The notes beneath the pieces were generated by a model. The model did not search any database. It saw only the letters and a list, made by a program, of their open reading frames with translations, and was not told where the DNA came from. DNA of 64,000 nucleotides from Candidatus Multivoradales bacterium (GTDB taxonomy: Bacteria > Acidobacteriota > Thermoanaerobaculia > Multivoradales > JAHEKO01). Location: assembly GCA_965223855.1 (NCBI GenBank), contig CBDCXM010000008.1:64001-128000 (forward strand). The letters are read 5' to 3'. The position numbers and the translations under genes were made by a program. Positions 19,788 to 29,166 of the stretch are shown here, in pieces; the stretch's first letter is position 1, and the number at the start of each line of letters is the position of its first letter.

Positions 19788-20159
19788 TCAGGCCGAGGGG
19801 ATGAAGTCGGGGTCCTCCTGAGCCCGACGCTCGAAGCTCAGAAAGTCGTAGTAGCCGCAGCGAGTGCTGCCCGGGTACTCACGGCAGATCCCCGGACGGG
19901 CGTCGTAGATGGTGCACTGCCGGGTCTCGCGGTCGAGGAAGCGGCAGACCGAATCGTAGATGTGATCGTGCCGGTGCCGCAGCACCCTCTCGCCCTTCTC
20001 CTCGCCGTCTTTGGTGAAACGCTCTCTGGCCTGCTCGAAGGTCAGTTCGAAGCGTTTCGCCAGCCTGCGGATATCAGCACGCGTCGTGACGATCCGCGGG
20101 TAGGAGCAACAGTACGCCGGGCACTTGTCGCAGTTGTAGAAGACCGGCCGCTTCGCCAA
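19788..20159 (-). CDS. YkgJ family cysteine-cluster (CxxCxxxCC) protein
   Basis: CDKCPAYCC...CRFLD...CTIYDARPGICREYP. Confidence 0.88.
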   Translation of the reverse strand: MAKRPVFYNCDKCPAYCCSYPRIVTTRADIRRLAKRFELTFEQARERFTKDGEEKGERVLRHRHDHIYDSVCRFLDRETRQCTIYDARPGICREYPGSTRCGYYDFLSFERRAQEDPDFIPSA

Positions 20160-20171
20160 CGGTCGGCCCGG

Positions 20172-20867
20172 CTACTGGAAGCGGGCGATCAGCGCTTCCG
20201 GATCGTGGAGGCTGATCCGGTGCGTCGGATCGACCGAAATGAAGCCGCTTTCCTTGAAGTCGACGATCACCTGGTTCACCCGCTCGCGGGAGGCTCCGAC
20301 CAGTGAGGCGACGTCCGTCTGGGTGAGGCGCAGCGGGATCCGCATTCCGCGAGGCTCGATCGGCTCGCCGTACTGCTGGGCGAAGGCGACGATCTGGCGA
20401 GCCACCCGCCCCCGGACGTCGAGCGTCGAGAGTGCCTGGATCTGCTCATTCGCCAGCCGCAGGCGGCGGGCGGTGAGCCGCACGAGGTTGTAGGAGAGCT
20501 CGTTGAACTTCTTCAGGCAGCGGTGGAAGGAATCGCGGTCCATCACCAGCGTTTCGCACTTCTCGAGCGTCACGACATTGGCCGACCGGCCGGCGCTGCC
20601 GACCATGCCCATCTCACCGAAGGTGTCACCGGGGCCGAGGAACGCCAGGATGACCTCCGAGCCGTCGATCTGATCGACGAAGATCTTGACGGTGCCTTCG
20701 AGCAGGATGAAGACGAGCTCGCCGCGATCCGCGACCGTGATCACGTTCGTCCCGGCCGGGAAAGACTTCCTGTGGAGCAGCCCGTTGAGTTCCTGCAGAT
20801 CCTCTTTCCGCGCCCCCTGAAACAGTGGGATGTTGGAAAGAATGCCTAGATCTTCGACCGCCGGCAT
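20172..20867 (-). CDS. Crp/Fnr family transcriptional regulator (cNMP-binding)
   Basis: FGEM..RSA cNMP pocket; HTH TQTDVASLVGASRERVN. Confidence 0.92.
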   Translation of the reverse strand: MPAVEDLGILSNIPLFQGARKEDLQELNGLLHRKSFPAGTNVITVADRGELVFILLEGTVKIFVDQIDGSEVILAFLGPGDTFGEMGMVGSAGRSANVVTLEKCETLVMDRDSFHRCLKKFNELSYNLVRLTARRLRLANEQIQALSTLDVRGRVARQIVAFAQQYGEPIEPRGMRIPLRLTQTDVASLVGASRERVNQVIVDFKESGFISVDPTHRISLHDPEALIARFQ

Positions 20868-20938
20868 GGTCCTCCTCCTCTCCTCCTCGCGACCAAGCGT
20901 CCCGCCGGCATGTTAGCAGCTCCGGATGGCGCTTCCGG

Positions 20939-21838
20939 TCAGCTCCTGCCGAGGGTCGCGCGCACGACATGGCTGGCAACCTCGGGGTTCTCGCGCATGC
21001 GTCTCATGGAGTACTCGTACCAGTCCGGCCCGTAGGGAACATAGACGCGCAGCCTGTGGCCCTGGTCGACGAGAATCCGGCGCAACGGGTCGTCGACGCC
21101 GAGCAGCATCTGGAACTCGTACTGCGAACGGTCGAGTTGGTAGCGATCGATCAATGCGACCGCCGCACACGCCAGGTACTCGTCGTGGGTTGCGATGCCG
21201 ACGTAGACGCCATGGTCGAAGAGCTTCTCGAGCGCCGCGACGAAGGCGAGGCGCACCGTCTCATACCCTTTCCATGCGGTCTCGCGGGGCTCGATGTAGA
21301 TCCCCTTGCAGATCCGCACGTTCGCCCCCTCTTCCGGCAGGGCGGCGATGTCGTCGAGGGTCCGCCGCATGTAGGCCTGGAAGACGACGCCGAGATTGCC
21401 GTGCCGCTCCTGGAGTTCGCGATAGATCGCGATCGTCGCATCGGTGGTCGTTCGATCCTCCATGTCGATCCGAACGAAGTTGCCGTGTCCCTTGGCGGCC
21501 TCGGCGATGCGCTCGACATTGTCGCGACAGAAACCGTGATCGATCTCCAGCCCCAGCATCGTCAGCTTGATCGAGACGTTGGCATCGACCCCGCGCGCCG
21601 CGATGTCGTCCAGCAGCGCGACGTACTCCCTGGTCGAGGCGAGCGCCTTCTCCCGCTCGGTGACCTCTTCACCCAGAAGGTCGAGCGTCGCCATGCACCC
21701 TTCCGAGTTGAGCCGCTCGGCGACGTCGAGCGCGGCGGAGCGGTCGGAGCCGGCGACGTACTTGCCCGCCACTTTCCCCACCAGCGCCCTCGGCACCAGC
21801 GGCAGCGTCAGCAACACCAGGCGGCTGAAGACGCTCAC
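20939..21838 (-). CDS. Monofunctional proline dehydrogenase
   Basis: SIKLT, RIDME, R.CKG.Y, IATHD, EFQMLLG and YVPYG...Y..RR..E. Confidence 0.92.
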   Translation of the reverse strand: MSVFSRLVLLTLPLVPRALVGKVAGKYVAGSDRSAALDVAERLNSEGCMATLDLLGEEVTEREKALASTREYVALLDDIAARGVDANVSIKLTMLGLEIDHGFCRDNVERIAEAAKGHGNFVRIDMEDRTTTDATIAIYRELQERHGNLGVVFQAYMRRTLDDIAALPEEGANVRICKGIYIEPRETAWKGYETVRLAFVAALEKLFDHGVYVGIATHDEYLACAAVALIDRYQLDRSQYEFQMLLGVDDPLRRILVDQGHRLRVYVPYGPDWYEYSMRRMRENPEVASHVVRATLGRS

Positions 21839-21856
21839 CGACGCTCTCGGATCGCC

Positions 21857-23182
21857 CTAGTTGCCGTTGACTGCGGCAGCCGAGTCGTCCGCGACCCAGC
21901 GCACCGACTTGGAGCAGGGGCAGGCGCCGCCGACTCTTCGCAGGGACGGCATTTCCCGGGCCGCGTCGGCCGCTGTCAGCTCACCGCTGTCGATGCGCTC
22001 GAGCTGCTCGGCATAGTCGCGGAAGTCGCTGCTCGCGCGGTAGGCGTCCGGCAGATGCTTGCGCAGGTGGTGGAGATAGGAGCTGGCATCGCCGAAGGAC
22101 TCGCCGTCCCAGCCGGTGAGCTCGAAGGCCGGTTCGCCGCGACGCCGGAAGAAGTGCCGGTGCGGCATGTGCACGAGATCGCTCCAGGCGATCCCGCGAA
22201 CGGTGTCGCCGTCGGTGAGGATCCTCTCGAGGACCTCTTCGGCCTCAGCGAGCTTGAGTTCCGGCAGGCGGGCACGGACGTAGCGCATGTTGAGATCGCG
22301 AATCAACTTGCCGATCTCCTCGATGTAGAGGTCCTGCGCCTCGCGATTCTTCAACGGCTTGAGGCCGTAGCGAACGTTGGTGCCGCCACCGCGCTCGTCG
22401 CCGAACATCTCGAGGCCCCGCGGCAGCCACTTGTTGAGCGTCCGCTGAATGTCCTCGGTGGTGACGTAGACACCGCCGCGCGCCGCGTCCTCCATCCACC
22501 GACGCAACGGCACGACGCCCGCCGCCAGGTGGAACGCCTCCTCGCGGAGCATCTTGGGCATCGACTCGGCGTACGGCTTGTAGGCGCTGATCTTCTGCAT
22601 GTCGAGCTGGTACTTGCCGACCCGGTCGATCAATGCGCAGAAGACGGCGTTGTCGACGAAGGAATCGAACTCGATGTTGAAGGCGCCCAGCACGTGCGAG
22701 CCGGTCGTCATCGAGAGAATCTCTTCGACGAGATCGGGGCCCTTGGTATCGGACACGCTGCTCCAGTCGTCCTCCAGGAGCAGATGCAGCATCTGGTAGC
22801 CGTGCCGGAGCTCTTCCGCCATCATGCGCAGAATCCAGATCTGGTCCTTCTCGCTCTGCGCCCGCGCCAGAGTCAGGCGGTGCTGCTGAATCGAGCCGAA
22901 CTCGGTGCTCGCCTGGGCGGTGATCGCTCCGAGAAGATGGGCCGCCTGCTTCGGGTCCAGGTCGGCGGCGCGGGTGAACTTCGGCTGCCCCTTGAGGTCG
23001 CCGCATTCGATCTCGTCGCAGATCCCGAGCTCGCGGTAGGCACACGCCTCGAAGCGCGGCTCCTTGGGGAAGTGCTTCTCCCAGTTGTCCATCAGGAAGC
23101 CGTAGTCGGGCAGGAACGTGTCCCGCCACTTGATCACGGCGTCGTGGTATTTCTTCGGCAGGTGCGTCTTACTGGTCGCCAT
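21857..23182 (-). CDS. Ferritin-like di-iron protein, BoxB/PaaA (benzoyl-/phenylacetyl-CoA epoxidase) family
   Basis: STEFGSIQQH, EELRHG, DRVGKYQL and REEAFH di-iron ligand motifs. Confidence 0.75.
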   Translation of the reverse strand: MATSKTHLPKKYHDAVIKWRDTFLPDYGFLMDNWEKHFPKEPRFEACAYRELGICDEIECGDLKGQPKFTRAADLDPKQAAHLLGAITAQASTEFGSIQQHRLTLARAQSEKDQIWILRMMAEELRHGYQMLHLLLEDDWSSVSDTKGPDLVEEILSMTTGSHVLGAFNIEFDSFVDNAVFCALIDRVGKYQLDMQKISAYKPYAESMPKMLREEAFHLAAGVVPLRRWMEDAARGGVYVTTEDIQRTLNKWLPRGLEMFGDERGGGTNVRYGLKPLKNREAQDLYIEEIGKLIRDLNMRYVRARLPELKLAEAEEVLERILTDGDTVRGIAWSDLVHMPHRHFFRRRGEPAFELTGWDGESFGDASSYLHHLRKHLPDAYRASSDFRDYAEQLERIDSGELTAADAAREMPSLRRVGGACPCSKSVRWVADDSAAAVNGN

Positions 23183-23636
23183 CGATGGCTCCTTTGCCGA
23201 GCGACTTGAAGAAAGGCGTCAGGCCGGCGTGCTCGAAGCCGAGCGCCTTGAAGAATTCCGCGATCCCCGGGGCCTGCTCGTCGACCATCGTGCGCACGCC
23301 GGTGGCGCCGCGACTCTCGAAGTACTCGAGCATCGCATCCGCCAGGCGACGCCCGATCGCCTGCCCCCGGACGTCGGGATCGACGCCCATCACTTCGATC
23401 CACCCGGTCGCCTCCTCGAGTCCGAACTCACCGGAGCGGACCTCGCCCAGCATGAAACCGACGATCTTGCCGCCGGCCTCCGCGACGAGCGAAGCGTCCG
23501 GGTCGCGACGCAGGTAGTAGCCCAGGCGGGTCTCCCAGACCGTTGGCCGGTACTCACCGAGAATCTTCTCGTCGAGACCGGTGATCGCACCGAAATCGGT
23601 GTCTTCGAGCGGACGAATCTTCACTTCGGTCGTCAT
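23169..23636 (-). CDS. GNAT N-acetyltransferase (BadL-like)
   Basis: GFMLGEVRSGEFG, GVDPDVRGQAIG and FFKALGF; ATG overlaps the lipA stop. Confidence 0.8.
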   Translation of the reverse strand: MTTEVKIRPLEDTDFGAITGLDEKILGEYRPTVWETRLGYYLRRDPDASLVAEAGGKIVGFMLGEVRSGEFGLEEATGWIEVMGVDPDVRGQAIGRRLADAMLEYFESRGATGVRTMVDEQAPGIAEFFKALGFEHAGLTPFFKSLGKGAIDGDQ

Positions 23637-24649
23637 GAGGGATCCAGCAACTCTCTGTTCGGGGATGCGCCGGAAGGTGTTGCCCGGCGCTCTTCGATTG
23701 TAACGGCCGTCTCGGCGCGGCGCAAAGGCGCTGCAGCCGAGGCCGGCTCGTTGCCGACGTGCTCGTGGGCATGGTAGCTGCTGCGGACCAGAGGCCCGGA
23801 CTCGCAGTGCGTGAAGCCGAGCTCGAGGGCCAGCCGCCGGTAGTCGTCGAACTCCTCCGGCGGGACCCAGCGATCCACCGGCAGATGTTCCCGGGTCGGC
23901 TGCATGTACTGACCGAGCGTCATGACCTCGACCCCGGCGGCTCGAATCTCTGCGAGAACCGTCTCGACCTCTTCGCGTTCTTCGCCGAGGCCGAGCATGA
24001 TCCCCGTCTTGAGGACTCCGTCGTACTCGCCCCGCGCTTTGCTGGCCGCCGCGTCGGCGAGGAGGCCGAGGGACCGGTCCCACCGGCTCCCGGGACGCGC
24101 CTGGCGGTAGAGGCGCGGCACCGTCTCCATGTTGTGAGAGAAGACCTCCGGCCCGGCGCCCAGCACGATGTCCAGAGCCTCCGGCACACCGCGGAAGTCG
24201 GGCGTCAGCACCTCGACCGCGCAGCCGGCGACCCGCTCGTGAATTGCCCGGATCACGTCGGCGAAGTGCCGCGCGCCGCCGTCCGGCAGATCGTCGCGAT
24301 CGACCGAAGTGATCACCGCATGCCGCAACCCCATCGCCTCGACCGCCTCGGCCACATGAGCCGGCTCCAGCTCGTCGACCCCGGGGTTGGGTCGCCCGGA
24401 AGTCACCGCGCAGAAACCACAGCGACGGGTGCAGATGTCCCCGAGGATCATCAACGTCGCGGTGCCGTGCTCACCCCAGCACTCGTAGATGTTCGGGCAG
24501 CGCGCCTCCTGACAGACCGTGTGGAGATCGAGCCGCTCCACGAGCTTGCGCACCTCGTGATAGCGCCGAGGCGTCTCGAGGCGAATCTTCAGCCACTCCG
24601 GCCGCGGCTCGCGCCGGCTCCGGCCGATCTGTACCAGCCCCTCACTCAC
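23633..24649 (-). CDS. lipA: Lipoyl synthase
   Basis: CQEARCPNIYEC, CTRRCGFC and RSSY. Confidence 0.97.
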   Translation of the reverse strand: MSEGLVQIGRSRREPRPEWLKIRLETPRRYHEVRKLVERLDLHTVCQEARCPNIYECWGEHGTATLMILGDICTRRCGFCAVTSGRPNPGVDELEPAHVAEAVEAMGLRHAVITSVDRDDLPDGGARHFADVIRAIHERVAGCAVEVLTPDFRGVPEALDIVLGAGPEVFSHNMETVPRLYRQARPGSRWDRSLGLLADAAASKARGEYDGVLKTGIMLGLGEEREEVETVLAEIRAAGVEVMTLGQYMQPTREHLPVDRWVPPEEFDDYRRLALELGFTHCESGPLVRSSYHAHEHVGNEPASAAAPLRRAETAVTIEERRATPSGASPNRELLDPS

Positions 24650-24684
24650 GGACCCAGTCTATCGGGAGCGGAGGTCCGACGGCA

Positions 24685-25545
24685 TCACCGTGGGACCAGA
24701 TCGAAGCCGACGTCGAATGACGGCGAGCTGTGGGTCAGCGCTCCCACCGAGATCAGATCGACACCGCTGGCGGCGATCGCGGCGATCGTCTCGGAGTTCA
24801 CCCCTCCGGATGCCTCCGTCACCATCCGCCCGGCGACCCGTTCGACCGCCTCCCGCAGGATTTCGGGGGCCATGTTGTCGAGCAACACCGCATCGCCGCC
24901 GGCGGCGATCACTTCTTCGAGCTGCTCGAGGTCGTCGACCTCGACTTCGATCGTCACCGTGTGACCGACCGCGGAACGCACACGTTCGATCGCGGCCGCG
25001 ACCGAACCCACTGCAGCCAGGTGGTTGTCCTTGATCAGGACGGCGTCGTCGAGAGCGAAGCGATGATTCCCGCCACCGCCGACCCGCACGGCGTACTTCT
25101 CGAGCGCCCGAAGCCCAGGGGTGGTCTTGCGCGTGTCGATCACCCGCGCACCACTCCCCTCGACCTTGCGGACGAGCTCGCGGGTCGCGGTCGAGATCCC
25201 GGAGAGCCGGCCGACCAGGTTGAGCGCCGTGCGCTCCGCGGCGAGAAGCGCCCGGGTTCTGCCCTCGATGCGAGCGAGCACCGTGCCGGCTTCGACGTCG
25301 TCGCCATCGGCAGCCAGCGCCGTCCACGCCGCCTCCGGGTCGAGACGCTCGAAGGCAAGGCGGGCCCCCTCGAGCCCGCACACCCTGCCCTCCTCGCGGG
25401 CGACGATTTCTCCGGCGTCTCGCTGAGCGGCCGGCAGCAGGCTGTCGCTCGTCAGATCGCCAGCCCTGCCGAGGTCTTCCTCGAGGGCGCTCTCGATGAC
25501 GCGGATCGCCGCTCGAAGGGGCAGGCTCAGTTGTAGCGAGTTCAT
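24685..25545 (-). CDS. nadC: Nicotinate-nucleotide pyrophosphorylase (quinolinate phosphoribosyltransferase)
   Basis: DTRKTTPG, HR..L.D..LIKDNH, LLDNM and EASGG. Confidence 0.95.
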   Translation of the reverse strand: MNSLQLSLPLRAAIRVIESALEEDLGRAGDLTSDSLLPAAQRDAGEIVAREEGRVCGLEGARLAFERLDPEAAWTALAADGDDVEAGTVLARIEGRTRALLAAERTALNLVGRLSGISTATRELVRKVEGSGARVIDTRKTTPGLRALEKYAVRVGGGGNHRFALDDAVLIKDNHLAAVGSVAAAIERVRSAVGHTVTIEVEVDDLEQLEEVIAAGGDAVLLDNMAPEILREAVERVAGRMVTEASGGVNSETIAAIAASGVDLISVGALTHSSPSFDVGFDLVPR

Positions 25546-27128
25546 CTGCCCACCGCCACGGATCGGGAAGGAGCGAGGTGGGGCTCGAACTCCGGCTGCC
25601 ACGGCGCCGTCGCCATGCTTCCGGCCCAGCGAACCTCGTCTTCCGCCACGGACGCGGGGCGGTCGCGGCGGAAGTGGCTGCCGCGAGACTCGGCGCGACG
25701 GCGTGCCCAGGCGGCCACGAGACTCGCCACCGTCCACAGATTGCGGGTCGTCGGATGAGCGCTGTCCGCCCTCTCTTCGAGCCTCGCCAATCGGGTCAGT
25801 GCCTCGTCGAGCCCGGAGGCGCTCCGAATCACTCCCAGGTGCTGGCTCGCGAGGGCACGAATCTCCTCCTCGAGACCGAAGTCACGGGCAGGGAAGTCGG
25901 CGCTGGCGGGGAGCGCGACGAGCGGCACGGGGGCTTCGAAGGCTCGGGCGACGAGATCGGCGGCCACGCGATCTCCGGCCACCAGGCACTCGAGCAGCGA
26001 GTTGCTCGCCAGCCGATTGCCGCCGTGGAGCCCGGTCGAGGCGACCTCCCCCGCCGCCCACAGGCCGGCGAGCGAGGTGCGCCCGTCGAGATCGGTCGCC
26101 ACCCCACCCATGTGGTAGTGCGCTGCCGGTCGCACAGGCAGAAGGTCGCGCCGCGGGTCGAGACCGTGTTCGCGGCAGGACGAAAACGCCGTCGGGAAGC
26201 GAGTCGGGAAGTCCTCGGGAGCGACCGATCGGGCATCGAGGTACACCTCGTGCCCTTCCTCCAGCTGCCGGGCGATCGCCCGCGCGACGATGTCTCGAGG
26301 TGCCAGCTCCGCCCGTTCGTCGATCCCGGTCATGAAGCGTCGACCCTGCTCGTCGACGAGGAGGGCGCCGGCCCCTCGCAGCGCCTCGGTCAGCAGCGGG
26401 CGCGGGTCACGATCGACAGCCAGCGCCGTCGGGTGAAACTGCACGAACTCGAGATCGATCAGCTTCGCTCCGGCCCGGGCCGCCATCGCCAGACCATCTC
26501 CGGTGGAGGTCGAGGGGTTCGTCGTATCGGCGAACACCTGGCCGATACCTCCGGTGGCGAGGACTACTGCGGGAGCGCTGTAGATGACACGTCCGACCTT
26601 GTCGTGCTCCGCTTCGACCCCCGCCACCCGCCCGTCACGCACCACCAGATCGAGGGCTCGCGCCGGCGCCACGGTGACGTGATCGCTCGCTGCGACGGCA
26701 CGACCGAGCGTCCGAGCGACCATCGCACCCGTGCGGTCGCCGCTCGCGTGAACGATCCGAGCCGCCGAATGCGCCGCCTCCCGCCCCAGGCTGAGGGCAC
26801 CGTCGGCGCCACGATCGAAACGTGCCCCAAGCTGCTCCAGACGCCAGATCCATTCGGGAGCCGCCGCCGTGACCGCATCGACGACCGATCGGTCAGCCAG
26901 GCCCGCCGCCGCGGCCACGGTGTCTGCGGCATGCGCGGCCGTTGAGTCGCCGTCGCCGATCGCTGCGGCGATGCCGCCTTGCGCCATCGCGGTCGAGCCG
27001 TCCGCCCCACCCTCGACCCGCGCCAGTACTCGGACGTCGAGCCCCCTGCAGCCGAGCGCCGCGGCGAGGCCGGCGGCGCCGCCCCCGACGATGACGACAT
27101 CCGCCGGAACCACCTTCATCGCGGTCAT
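25542..27128 (-). CDS. nadB: L-aspartate oxidase
   Basis: GGGAAG, AQGGIAA, EFVQFHPT and TGLHGGNRLASNSLLE. Confidence 0.94.
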   Translation of the reverse strand: MTAMKVVPADVVIVGGGAAGLAAALGCRGLDVRVLARVEGGADGSTAMAQGGIAAAIGDGDSTAAHAADTVAAAAGLADRSVVDAVTAAAPEWIWRLEQLGARFDRGADGALSLGREAAHSAARIVHASGDRTGAMVARTLGRAVAASDHVTVAPARALDLVVRDGRVAGVEAEHDKVGRVIYSAPAVVLATGGIGQVFADTTNPSTSTGDGLAMAARAGAKLIDLEFVQFHPTALAVDRDPRPLLTEALRGAGALLVDEQGRRFMTGIDERAELAPRDIVARAIARQLEEGHEVYLDARSVAPEDFPTRFPTAFSSCREHGLDPRRDLLPVRPAAHYHMGGVATDLDGRTSLAGLWAAGEVASTGLHGGNRLASNSLLECLVAGDRVAADLVARAFEAPVPLVALPASADFPARDFGLEEEIRALASQHLGVIRSASGLDEALTRLARLEERADSAHPTTRNLWTVASLVAAWARRRAESRGSHFRRDRPASVAEDEVRWAGSMATAPWQPEFEPHLAPSRSVAVGR

Positions 27129-28126
27129 CGGTAGCTCCTCACGGCGAGCATCCGCTCGACGGCGATGCGCGCGCGCTCGGCCACCTCGACGGGCACCTCG
27201 ATCTGCGGCGTCATCGACTCGAGAGCCGCAGCGATCTTCGGCAGGGTCACCCGCTTCATGTGCGGGCAGAGGTTGCACGGCCGATGAAACTTCACGTCCG
27301 GCAGCTCGACCGCGACGTTGTCGCTCATCGAGCACTCGGTCACCATCAGCACCTCCTGCGGCCGGACGGTGCGCACATGATCGATCATGCGCGCGGTCGA
27401 GCCGACGAAATCGGCTTCCGCCAGCACCTCGGGCGGGCACTCCGGGTGGGCGACGATCTCGATCCCCGGGCGGTCCTGCCTGTAGGCCCGCAGATCCTCC
27501 GCCTCGAACCGCTCGTGAACCTCACAGTGCCCGTTCCAGAGGATCACCTCGACGTCGGTCTGCGACGCGACGTAGCGCCCCAGATATTCGTCGGGCAGGA
27601 AGATCACCCTGTCCGAGCCGAGTGACTCCACCACCGCCACGGCGTTGGCCGAGGTGCAGCAGATGTCCGACTCCGCCTTCACCGCCGCCGACGTGTTGAC
27701 GTAGGTGACGACCGGAACTCCGGGATGACGCGCTCGGAGCGCCCGGATGTCCGCCGCGCGAATCGACTCCGCGAGCGAGCATCCCGCCGCGAGATCGGGC
27801 AGCAGTACCGTCTTCTCGGGGCTCAGAATCTTGGCCGTCTCGGCCATGAAGTGCACCCCGCAGACGACGAGCACCTCGGCCTCCGTCTCGGCTCCGGCAT
27901 AGGCCATGGCGAGCGAGTCGCCGGTGAAGTCGGCCACCCCGTGGAAGATCTCCGGAGTCTGGTAGTTGTGCGCCAGGACGAAGGCGCCGCGCTCGCGCTT
28001 CCAGCGTTCGATCTCGGCGATCCAGGGCTCGTGGACCGCCCACTCGAGGGGCGGGACGACCCCGGCGAGGCGATTGCCAAGATCGGCGGTGCGAGATGAG
28101 ACGGCGGCGGCTTGCGGTGCGGGCAT
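27125..28126 (-). CDS. nadA: Quinolinate synthase
   Basis: AHNYQ, CGVHFMAE, GCSLA, CEVH and CPHMK. Confidence 0.96.
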   Translation of the reverse strand: MPAPQAAAVSSRTADLGNRLAGVVPPLEWAVHEPWIAEIERWKRERGAFVLAHNYQTPEIFHGVADFTGDSLAMAYAGAETEAEVLVVCGVHFMAETAKILSPEKTVLLPDLAAGCSLAESIRAADIRALRARHPGVPVVTYVNTSAAVKAESDICCTSANAVAVVESLGSDRVIFLPDEYLGRYVASQTDVEVILWNGHCEVHERFEAEDLRAYRQDRPGIEIVAHPECPPEVLAEADFVGSTARMIDHVRTVRPQEVLMVTECSMSDNVAVELPDVKFHRPCNLCPHMKRVTLPKIAAALESMTPQIEVPVEVAERARIAVERMLAVRSYR

Positions 28127-28138
28127 GATCGACCTCCG

Positions 28139-28159
28139 AAATGCTCGTTTTGAGAATTA
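28139..28159. promoter_or_regulatory. NadQ-type operator (box 2)
   Basis: AAATGCTCGTTTTGAGAATTA resembles ttATRCTC-N5-GAGYATaa; just upstream of the nadA SD. Confidence 0.7.
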
Positions 28160-28194
28160 GATAGACCGAAGAAAAAGAGGCTCGCGCCTCCTCG

Positions 28195-28226
28195 TTATGC
28201 TAAATCCGAGCATAAACGGATGTCAA
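28195..28226 (-). promoter_or_regulatory. nadABC promoter (TTGACA-N18-TAGCAT) overlapped by NadQ operator box 1
   Basis: Palindrome TTATGCT-AAATCCG-AGCATAA at 28195-28215; TTGACA on the minus strand at 28221-28226. Confidence 0.75.
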
Positions 28227-28266
28227 CCCCTCCCGCGAGCCACTCCGGGAATCTCGACTGACGCTC

Positions 28267-29166
28267 TCAGCGAGCGCTGGCCGCGGGCAGACCGACCCCG
28301 GGGGCGGGCCGTTCTCGCACGACCTCGGGGCGGAAGCGAAACAGCTCGGCCGGCCGGCCGCCGGTGTGACTGTCGTGAGTCCCGGTCCCCTCCACCAGCC
28401 CTCCCCGCTGTACGAGGCGCCTGAAGTTCTGCTTGTGAAGCCGGCTGCCCGCGAGAGCTTCCGCGGCGCGTTGCAGTTGGAAGAGCGTGAAGGTCTCCGG
28501 TAGCAGCTCGAAGATCACCGGGCGGTAGCGGATCTTCCCTCGCACCCGCCCCAGCGCGGTCGCCAGCATCCGACGGTGATCGAGCGCCATCAGGCGGCCG
28601 GCTGCACGACCGGCAATCGACCCCGGCCCCACGAGGCCCGCTTCGTAGAGCAGTTCGAAGCGCTCGAGCACACGCTCGGTGTCCCACGGTGCGCCGTCGA
28701 GGCCGAAAGCGACGGCGCACCGTCCAGCTTCGCCACCGGGTCTGTCGCTCAGCCGCCAGCGCTCGAGGCCGGGTTTCAGATGCCGCGCCAGCCCTGCGGG
28801 CTCACCGTCCCGCCAGTCCTCCCACGGCAGGAACTCGTAGATCGACTTCCAAGCAGCCCCCGGCAGGGGAACCGGCTGCTCGCGGCCCAGCGCCAGATAG
28901 ACAACCGACACCAGCCGCCGGTCCGGTGACGCTGCGCGGTCGCGGTCTCCGAAAGTGTAGAGCTGCTCGACATAGCCGAGCTCGAGTCCCGTCTGCTCGC
29001 TCACCCAGGAGCGAAGACCCCGCTCGAGAGTCCTGTGCGCCTCGGCTTCTAGCGGCCCATTTGGAAGCGCCGGGTCGTCGCCGCGATCGATCACCAGCAC
29101 CCTCGGCTCGTCGTCGGTGACGGCGAGCCAGACCGCGGTCAGGTCGACCGCGAACGCCCGGCTCAT
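28267..29166 (-). CDS. nadQ: NAD-responsive regulator NadQ (degenerate Nudix + winged HTH, NrtR-related)
   Basis: GYVEQLYTFGDRDR, PWEDWR, ERFELLYEAG, HKQNFRR and GGRPA; adjacent to nadABC. Confidence 0.85.
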   Translation of the reverse strand: MSRAFAVDLTAVWLAVTDDEPRVLVIDRGDDPALPNGPLEAEAHRTLERGLRSWVSEQTGLELGYVEQLYTFGDRDRAASPDRRLVSVVYLALGREQPVPLPGAAWKSIYEFLPWEDWRDGEPAGLARHLKPGLERWRLSDRPGGEAGRCAVAFGLDGAPWDTERVLERFELLYEAGLVGPGSIAGRAAGRLMALDHRRMLATALGRVRGKIRYRPVIFELLPETFTLFQLQRAAEALAGSRLHKQNFRRLVQRGGLVEGTGTHDSHTGGRPAELFRFRPEVVRERPAPGVGLPAASAR

